Virus record (IMG/VR): IMGVR_UViG_3300047160_035982
Span: 13-64,012 of that record
Direction: 5' to 3' (one strand)
Length of the DNA stretch: 64,000 nucleotides
From: a virus
The translations under genes were made by a program, and so were the position numbers. Under the pieces are notes generated by a model. That model was not told the DNA's origin and made no database searches. It saw only the letters and a list, made by a program, of their open reading frames with translations. Shown piece after piece: positions 57,749 to 64,000 of this stretch (position 1 is its first letter; the number at the start of each line of letters is the position of its first letter).

Positions 57749-57940
57749 TTATTTCGGTTTGATTTCGAGCCGCTCCAACGCAGCAACGACCTTCTCGGGG
57801 TTATATAAAAACGTGCGGCGATCGACTTTTACGGCGGGGATCAACCCTGTACGCCGCAGCGTTCTGATCTTGCGCGGCGTGAGTGGGACAACTGATCGAA
57901 GCGATTCTTCGTCAACCAGAGAACATAAAGCGTTCAGCAT
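57749..57940 (-). CDS. Excisionase-like HTH protein
   Basis: IRTLRRTGLIPAVKVDRRTFLYNPEKVVAAL. Confidence 0.6.
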   Translation of the reverse strand: MLNALCSLVDEESLRSVVPLTPRKIRTLRRTGLIPAVKVDRRTFLYNPEKVVAALERLEIKPK

Positions 57941-58007
57941 ATGTCATGAAATACTTCACGAGATCGTTGAGACTCGTCAGCGACGCGTACGCACTTGTTA
58001 GGACCCC

Positions 58008-58373
58008 AGAATGCCGCCGACCAGCTTGTTAAACTGATCGGCGGACTTCCATGCCAACGCCTTGCCTTGCCCGACCACCCCAGGCCTCACCCGGCCTCAC
58101 CTTGCCCGGAATGCCGCTGTCTGCTGAACAAGCCAAACAGCGGACTTCCATGCCATGCCTCGCCTTACCGGGCCGGACCCCGCCGCGCCACACCTGGCCG
58201 CGCCAAGCCGTACACTGCCCTGCCTTGCCGCGGAATGCCGCCCACTCTTTGCGAATGAGCGGACTTCCATGCTTTGCCTTGCCCGACCACGCCGCGCCAA
58301 AACGCGCCAAGCCCAACCTGGGCGTGCCTCGCCGGGGAATGCTGCCGACTCTTCCTTTAATCGGCAGATTTCC
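58008..58373 (-). ncRNA. Array of three (NN-GGY)n pentamer tracts separated by four conserved hairpins (putative guide RNA array)
   Basis: Tracts A 58053-58107, B 58152-58231 (16 pentamers), C 58271-58335 (13 pentamers); hairpins 58008-58050, 58108-58149, 58232-58268, 58336-58373. Confidence 0.88.
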
Positions 58374-58384
58374 ACAGCCTGACT

Positions 58385-59095
58385 TCACGCGTTCACTAAC
58401 TTTTGACGTTTCATCCATTGAGTTAAAGCCTGCTCAAGTTTCAGTAATGCCTCGACTGTGTCGTCGTCATCAGCCTCGATGTAATCGTCAGTAAGCAGGA
58501 TTGTTAGATCATCAGCCAACTTAATAACCTTTTGTCCACTGAGCGAGCGTTGGCGTTCGTCGATTGCTTTCACTTCTTTTTTGATCCACTGCTCATCCTT
58601 GCTCTGCATCTTGATCTGCAGCGGTTCAACTAGAGGCGCTTTTAAAACAACAGGTTTGACTGCGTCCGAGTCACTCCACACGCCGCGTTCACTAATAGCT
58701 TTCTCGAATTCAGAAACCGGGATGCGCACGATCTTGGCAATCTCCTCTGAAGAAAACTTCATGCGGGTTAACTGCATCGCTGCACTAAGCTTTTCCTGAT
58801 AGCTGAGGCCGTGACCGTGTGTGGCGTTGTCTTTAACGGCTAAAGGGAACCATTGTGTTTCGAGCTCTTTGGTTACGATTGCAGCGATCCGCGGCAACTT
58901 CCTTCGTCGGTGCGCCTCGTATCGGTGACGGCCTCCGATAATCACATAACGATCATCGCGTTTACCAACGAGAATCGGTGGCAAAACATCGCCTACGCGC
59001 AAGGCATCGAGCAGCGACTCGATGTGTCTCCAACTAACTTGATTGCGCGGATAGATCGTCTCATCAATCAAAATTCGGTCGATGCTGATATACAT
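58385..59095 (-). CDS. ParB/Srx N-terminal domain protein
   Basis: IYPRNQVS...LPPILV...YVIIGGRHRYEAH...NATHGHGLS. Confidence 0.8.
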   Translation of the reverse strand: MYISIDRILIDETIYPRNQVSWRHIESLLDALRVGDVLPPILVGKRDDRYVIIGGRHRYEAHRRRKLPRIAAIVTKELETQWFPLAVKDNATHGHGLSYQEKLSAAMQLTRMKFSSEEIAKIVRIPVSEFEKAISERGVWSDSDAVKPVVLKAPLVEPLQIKMQSKDEQWIKKEVKAIDERQRSLSGQKVIKLADDLTILLTDDYIEADDDDTVEALLKLEQALTQWMKRQKLVNA

Positions 59096-59098
59096 AGG

Positions 59099-59743
59099 TC
59101 AGGCTGCCTTTCTCTTTTTAGATTTCTTTTCTTCAAGAATCGTCGGCTCTGAATCGAAACCGACAATCTCGGGTTCAGGAATAAAAGCTTCTTCGCGCTG
59201 CGGCAACAACTCGAAGCGTTTTAGGTAATACTGCCCAAATGGGCCTTTCTTCTCTGGTCGAAAATCGCAGACGCCATTGAGCACTCCTGCAGTTTTGATT
59301 ATTTGCGGCCCAAATTTCTGCATGATGGGGATCGGAATCCATTCATCGCGGAAGTGCAGCTCAAACGTCACCTCCCACGGCCAGATCTTCGGTCGGCTAT
59401 GTGGCACGCGATTTTTCTGAATGACGACTGAGCGCGTATCGATCTTGTACTCTGTCGTGTTCAACGAAACGAATTCTGGCGTGATCGCGACACAACCGAT
59501 CATCGCTGTCGACATTTTCAACTTGCCGACTTTATAGTTGCCAGCAGCCTTAATGAAAGACCGGTAGAACGCTACCCCAGGAATCGCCAACGAGGATTTG
59601 TCGTCGGTCCAGTATAAGCGCTTTCTTGCTTCCTCAGCTGGATCGTAACTGACTTGCTTAACGCTCGTCTCACTGTTCATCGAGCTGATGTTATTCAATA
59701 AAGCGGGGGTCAACCCGCAAACTGTAATTTTGATTTGTCTCAT
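59099..59743 (-). CDS. RAMP/Cas7-like RRM protein (Vipr-like effector)
   Basis: ITVCGLTPALL (beta1), LAIPGVAFYRSFIKAA (IPG-helix), RPKIWPWEVTFEL, Gly-rich loop AGVLNGVCDFRPEKKGPFGQY. Confidence 0.75.
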   Translation of the reverse strand: MRQIKITVCGLTPALLNNISSMNSETSVKQVSYDPAEEARKRLYWTDDKSSLAIPGVAFYRSFIKAAGNYKVGKLKMSTAMIGCVAITPEFVSLNTTEYKIDTRSVVIQKNRVPHSRPKIWPWEVTFELHFRDEWIPIPIMQKFGPQIIKTAGVLNGVCDFRPEKKGPFGQYYLKRFELLPQREEAFIPEPEIVGFDSEPTILEEKKSKKRKAA

Positions 59744-59768
59744 AGATAATTAACCGCGTTTTGTCAGA

Positions 59769-60527
59769 TTAATTGCTTTTATCCCCGAGTGCTCCCTTCG
59801 CTATCGTGACTCGACTACCAGCCGCATCACCTGCATGGTAAGCGCTCGAGTCGGAGAAAAACTCCTCACGCCGCGCTTTATGCGTAATATTTATGTTTCT
59901 GGCCTCGAATGCCTTCCTAACAATATCCTCTTTCACAACGACAATCGCCCGACAATTATTGTCGGCAGCTTCGTTCTGCGCCGCCTTCATGGTGTAGAGC
60001 CGAGTTGATATTCTCTCGACCATTCCCCGCATGAAATTGGCGCGTGCCGTTCCAGGCGATGAAATTGAGTCCTTGCGGTGTGCATTCCAATACAAGTGCC
60101 ACTCAGTATCCATCGCGTTGCGCAAGATGTCGGTTAGATACGTTGCGACCTGTACATCAGTGGCTAGCCCGAAGTAGACTAACAATACGCCACGATGATC
60201 GTGGAGCCGCTGATACCAGTGGCGTGTGTCAGTGTAATCGGCGATTGCACCCGCGACATGTAAGACCTCATGCGCACGCACTCTGCCTATCGTCATCGCA
60301 TCCGTCTCGCAGACATCCGAAGGTGTTGAGATCGATTCAAGTTCCGAAAGACTCAGACCGTACTTCGTCATTAATTTCGAAGCCAATTCAGCGGCTGCTA
60401 ATGCTTCGCCCTCGGTACAGCCGCGCTCTTTCGTTTTTGCAAGTAACGCTGAGATCTTGTCGAGCAACGCGGCTCGTTTATCGGCAGATTGCCCTTGATC
60501 AGAGCTTCGCGTATCTTTCGTTCGCAT
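59769..60527 (-). CDS. DUF2786-domain protein
   Basis: LLDKISALLAK...EGEALAAAELASKLMTKYGLS. Confidence 0.8.
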   Translation of the reverse strand: MRTKDTRSSDQGQSADKRAALLDKISALLAKTKERGCTEGEALAAAELASKLMTKYGLSLSELESISTPSDVCETDAMTIGRVRAHEVLHVAGAIADYTDTRHWYQRLHDHRGVLLVYFGLATDVQVATYLTDILRNAMDTEWHLYWNAHRKDSISSPGTARANFMRGMVERISTRLYTMKAAQNEAADNNCRAIVVVKEDIVRKAFEARNINITHKARREEFFSDSSAYHAGDAAGSRVTIAKGALGDKSN

Positions 60528-60584
60528 ATTCAGTTGATTAATTCTCGCTCGCGGTTGATTGCAGTCGGCCCGAGCGGTTTGTTG

Positions 60585-61250
60585 TTAATCGTTAGATTCA
60601 AGGACGTCATCTTTAAGGCCCTTGTAGTGGTGGAACAGATGCAGGACCATAGCCGTCGCAAGATAACGGCAGGCTTTAGGATTTTGGTCTTTCTTGATTT
60701 TCTCCCAGCCAAAATAAACAAGTTTGTTGGCCTCGTTTTCCGTGATGCCGTATTTGGCTTGCTCGACTTCTGATTTCACTTGCTTCCGTAAAGGGGGAGT
60801 CGAAGAATCAGGGGGCTTGTTTTCCGGGGGTTTGCCAGTGTCTGGGATTCCTTCTTCGTCGTTACTGGGAATCTCAGATTCAGGGTTCAAACTTGACGCA
60901 GGCGTCAAGTTTGATGGGGCTGTCGAATCTGACTCAAGTTTGCTATTGTGACCCATGATCTCTGCTATGAATCGGGCTTGATGCTCTTGCAGCAGTGGAT
61001 CATCGCGTCGTTTATAGACGCGCATATAACGGGCGATCGTCCGATAACTGAGTTCGGGGATATTCTTTTCGACCCAAGGCATCCATGATCCATGAGGCAG
61101 TCCGTGTTTGACACGGGTCATGATCTCTCCAGCTTCGATCATGCGCTCGATCATGATTTTACCCATGCCGATGAGCTGATGATGAATCGTCTTTATCTGG
61201 TCGGCTTCTTCGCGAAAAAGCGGCTCTGATTGATCCGAAGGCGTTATCAC
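60585..61250 (-). CDS. DUF3102-domain protein
   Basis: MIEAGEIMTRVKHGLPHGSWMPWV...RTIARYM. Confidence 0.75.
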   Translation of the reverse strand: MITPSDQSEPLFREEADQIKTIHHQLIGMGKIMIERMIEAGEIMTRVKHGLPHGSWMPWVEKNIPELSYRTIARYMRVYKRRDDPLLQEHQARFIAEIMGHNSKLESDSTAPSNLTPASSLNPESEIPSNDEEGIPDTGKPPENKPPDSSTPPLRKQVKSEVEQAKYGITENEANKLVYFGWEKIKKDQNPKACRYLATAMVLHLFHHYKGLKDDVLESND

Positions 61251-61489
61251 TTCGACGCCTCCGCAGATTGCGCATAGCGACTGCCGCCGGGTAGAAAGCT
61301 ACGGATATAGGCGTCAAGGCTAGCGAGGTTGACGAGCCAAACGCCCTTCGTTGCCCCGGGTTTCTTGATATGCGAGCCGAGGATGTCACCGCGCACGACA
61401 GCGCGAAAGAGTTCTGGGCGACTTATACCAGAACCCGCAGAGGCGCGGGCAAGTCGATCCCATTCGAGACCGGTTAGTTCCTTTTTCAT
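61247..61489 (-). CDS. AlpA/excisionase-like DNA-binding protein
   Basis: GISRPELFRAV...KGVWLVNLASLDAYI. Confidence 0.6.
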   Translation of the reverse strand: MKKELTGLEWDRLARASAGSGISRPELFRAVVRGDILGSHIKKPGATKGVWLVNLASLDAYIRSFLPGGSRYAQSAEASK

Positions 61490-61613
61490 AGTGGAACTAA
61501 CTGTCGCATGAGAAAATCAGCGGAATAAGTGACCTCGTAAAAAAATTGTATGTCACCCTATCCCGCTATGAATTGGGTGACGTCGCGAGAAAGTTAGGAG
61601 TCACCCTATCAAG

Positions 61614-62213
61614 TCATGTAATCTTCGATCGACGAGTGGCGTTGCGCAGTTTTGACAGCCCAGCTTTTTTGAAGAGACGCGCCCATTCGGATGATGTCTT
61701 TGGAATTCGTAAGCCGGCTTGCTCGAAAATCTCGACTGCTCTCTTGCGCACTTCCTTCTTGAGCGGCCAATCGTTCTCGTCGTCACCTTTGCACAAGTCA
61801 CGAAAAGCAATCATCACGACGCGCACGCCGTGCATGTCAGGTTCTGGGGATTGAGCGAGTCTGACAGTGTCAATCAACGCTCGCAGGATTTCGTCTTCCT
61901 TATAAAACACGGCAGCAAGGATCAGCTCTTTGAAATCTGCAATGAATACGCGGTCATCGCATGACGGATGCGTATTTGTTATTCTGAACCACGGGGCGAA
62001 TTCCGGGTTTTGTTTCGCGTATTGTCGCCACCTTTGTAATTCCTGCCAGATCTCGGTCCGAAAGACGAATTTCGTATCCGTGTATCGTTTGACCGCTTGC
62101 AAAAATTCCCGTGGATAGTTTTTCCCGACATCGGTCATTTGATGTCGCAGTAAGGAGTAACGACCCCAAAGCGACCTCGGCAAATCATGCGAAGAGTATT
62201 CGTCGTCGCTCAC
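61614..62213 (-). CDS. Hypothetical protein
   Basis: 199-aa ORF coupled to the integrase stop. Confidence 0.5.
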   Translation of the reverse strand: MSDDEYSSHDLPRSLWGRYSLLRHQMTDVGKNYPREFLQAVKRYTDTKFVFRTEIWQELQRWRQYAKQNPEFAPWFRITNTHPSCDDRVFIADFKELILAAVFYKEDEILRALIDTVRLAQSPEPDMHGVRVVMIAFRDLCKGDDENDWPLKKEVRKRAVEIFEQAGLRIPKTSSEWARLFKKAGLSKLRNATRRSKIT

Positions 62214-63376
62214 TGTTGCCCCTCCAATTTCGGCAAGCGCGGGATGAGCTGCGTTGCTGCTTTGATCGATTCGAGGTCTTCGTGGATGTAGCGATCGACG
62301 GCACCGCCAGCGGCGTGGTTCGTAACTCTGCGCGTGATCTCGCGAAGCGACGCTTGGTTGAACACGTTACTCGCTGCGGTATGGCGAAAACTGTGAAACG
62401 AGAGCGCTCGCACAGCTCGCCCTTTACCCGTGTTGCCTTGACGCAGCAGACGCTTTTCGATTCCTGCCTTATCGAGCAGCTCGACAAAACATATCGAAAG
62501 ACCGTGTGCGCCCTTAATGCCTTTATTCGCCAAAGTGGGAAACACCGGCGCGTCAGGATCGTCGGGCACGGGGCGACTGCTCAACCAATCGAGAAAGTCA
62601 GGGTGCAGACCGAGACACGCCTTCGCATTTGTCTTTTGCTCGCGGAATGTGACGATCGAGTTCGCGACATCGAGGTTCGACCATTTGAGACTCTTGCAAT
62701 CACCGAGCCGCGCCCCGGTGCCGTACGCGAACAAGATCAGCCCTTGCCAATCCGAGTCGGCGATCGAGAGCAGAGCGGCGATTTGATCTCCCGTGAATGT
62801 CTCTTTCGCAAGCGGCTCGCTCTTTTCGGGCGTTGTCGCCATGACAGGGTTGAAACGAAGTTTGCCGATCTTTCGCGCTTTCTCGAAGGGCGCCGACAGG
62901 TACTTGCGGATCAGTTTGTTGATCGTCGCTGACGATCGCCCTTCTTTACGCAAGAGTCGGACGAACCCTTCGATGTCTGCGGTCGTGATCGATTCGAGCC
63001 GACGCGTTGCCCCGCGTTCACCGAGATAAGCAATGAACTCGTCGACCGCTTGCCCGTAAGCTTCGAACGTCGATGCAGCGATTTGCCCCTCTTTCGAGTC
63101 GAGCCATTCGCGCAACCAGTCCTTTACGCTGACGTATCCGATCGTCGCTGCGCCGATGCGTGCGAGCGTCTCGTTCAGGATTTGCAGAACTCGATCGTGC
63201 GACAACTCGACGTTTACAGCAGCGTCCTCGGCGGCCTGCCACGCTTCGGTGATGATCTTCGCCTTGTTTTTGTCACGAGTTTTGGTTGAACGCCAGACAC
63301 GTCGACCGTCAGCGAGGCGCAGAGCGGCGTACCAGACACCTTTCGGCGAACGCGGATTACGATGAACAGAAGCCAT
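62210..63376 (-). CDS. int: Tyrosine integrase (satellite)
   Basis: TGARLGD (R), SFHSFRHT (HxxR), VTNH, DRYIH (Y); adjacent to attR. Confidence 0.92.
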   Translation of the reverse strand: MASVHRNPRSPKGVWYAALRLADGRRVWRSTKTRDKNKAKIITEAWQAAEDAAVNVELSHDRVLQILNETLARIGAATIGYVSVKDWLREWLDSKEGQIAASTFEAYGQAVDEFIAYLGERGATRRLESITTADIEGFVRLLRKEGRSSATINKLIRKYLSAPFEKARKIGKLRFNPVMATTPEKSEPLAKETFTGDQIAALLSIADSDWQGLILFAYGTGARLGDCKSLKWSNLDVANSIVTFREQKTNAKACLGLHPDFLDWLSSRPVPDDPDAPVFPTLANKGIKGAHGLSICFVELLDKAGIEKRLLRQGNTGKGRAVRALSFHSFRHTAASNVFNQASLREITRRVTNHAAGGAVDRYIHEDLESIKAATQLIPRLPKLEGQQ

Positions 63377-63476
63377 GAACTACAGAACGACATACAGAAC
63401 AAAAACTTTAAATACAGTTTGTTCCAGAACATCCAACTCGCTCGCGGATAGGTACTTACGAGAGAGCAAAAACGTT

Positions 63477-63503
63477 CCGTGGGTTCGAATCCCACCCCTT
63501 CCG
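63477..63503 (+). repeat. attR of the satellite (27-bp tRNA-Ser 3' duplicate)
   Basis: Identical to 47383-47409. Confidence 0.93.
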
Positions 63504-64000
63504 TTGGTTCTGGTAAAGGATCGGACCCCGGCATCCCCAACCGCTCCAGTTCGCGCAAGATGAGCAAAGTGGATTGGAATTGCGGTAAAAAGCGCTGATC
63601 CCGCCTTCCACAGATTCCCCAAAAGAAAAGGACTCCGCCCTGGTCCACTCTTAAAAGCCAAGGCGGAGCCTTTAGTGGCAGGTCACAGGAATCCCTCTGA
63701 AAGATCCCGCGACGATAAGGTTTCGTTTTGCGTTCCGTGGACGGATGTAAAGAATCAACCTTAGGAACCGACCACGCTCTTCCTCTTTCTGCTCCCGGGT
63801 GGCATCTGCTTCGAAGTCAGAAGGCCAAAGCAATCGGGAACTTTCAGCGCTCAGCCATCAGATATTCTCTTCCTCCGTTCCTTAATCCGGAAGGAAGAGC
63901 GTTACCCATTCGAAGTATTAGCCGGTAAGCAGACCGTCGCCTCTTTCTGTTCGCTCTCATAAGTCCAATAATTCTATCCGCCCGAGTGGCTCGGGAAGGC

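Larger units (their letters stand above)
47383..63503. mobile_element. Phage-satellite-like integrative element (16.1 kb)
   Basis: Perfect 27-bp direct repeat CCGTGGGTTCGAATCCCACCCCTTCCG at 47383-47409 and 63477-63503; own integrase, primase, helicase, capsid, TerS-like gene; visibly less GC-rich than the prophage. Confidence 0.9.

Noticed and set aside
58008-58373. Canonical CRISPR array
   Set aside because: No identical 23-47 bp repeats with unique spacers; inter-hairpin tracts are themselves pentamer-periodic; no cas1/cas2.
58029-58494. ORFs 58029-58418, 58051-58494, 58097-58375, 58155-58382 as proteins
   Set aside because: Low-complexity G/R/A/P translations of the pentamer array, open in several frames because the repeats lack stops.
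63504-64000. Gene or RNA right of attR
   Set aside because: Only short ORFs without motifs; nothing supportable.

Overview
The window holds three adjacent parts. (1) 1-1893: the 5' part of a type III Mod-like adenine methyltransferase gene running off the left edge. (2) ~2.1-47.4 kb: an apparently near-complete temperate myovirus prophage, mostly on the minus strand, with lysis, three tail-collar fibres, a P2/Mu-like contractile tail, a lambda-like head (capsid E, decoration D, ClpP protease, lambda portal, GpA terminase), replication/recombination genes, an IbrAB-like cluster and a tyrosine integrase next to a 3' fragment of tRNA-Ser(CGA). It also carries an arylsulfatase cassette and a tRNA(CAT) inside the packaging module, and five promoters sharing one palindromic operator. 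(3) 47383-63503: a 16-kb phage-satellite-like integrative element bounded by a perfect 27-bp repeat of the tRNA 3' end, with integrase, primase, helicase, an iteron origin, TerS-like, HNH-like, sigma-like and HK97 capsid genes. The main discovery is in the satellite: a RAMP/Cas7-like gene plus a ParB-like gene sit upstream of hairpin-delimited tracts of (NN-GGY) pentamers, with a fourth orphan tract next to the capsid gene. When only the variable dinucleotides are read, with one skipped base between them, three of the four tracts match near-self targets in codon phase (two in the capsid gene, one in the ParB-like gene). This points to an RNA-guided system with a gapped, wobble-skipping code (VIPR-like), probably aimed at sister elements. 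All family calls come from motif recognition by eye; no database searches were run.
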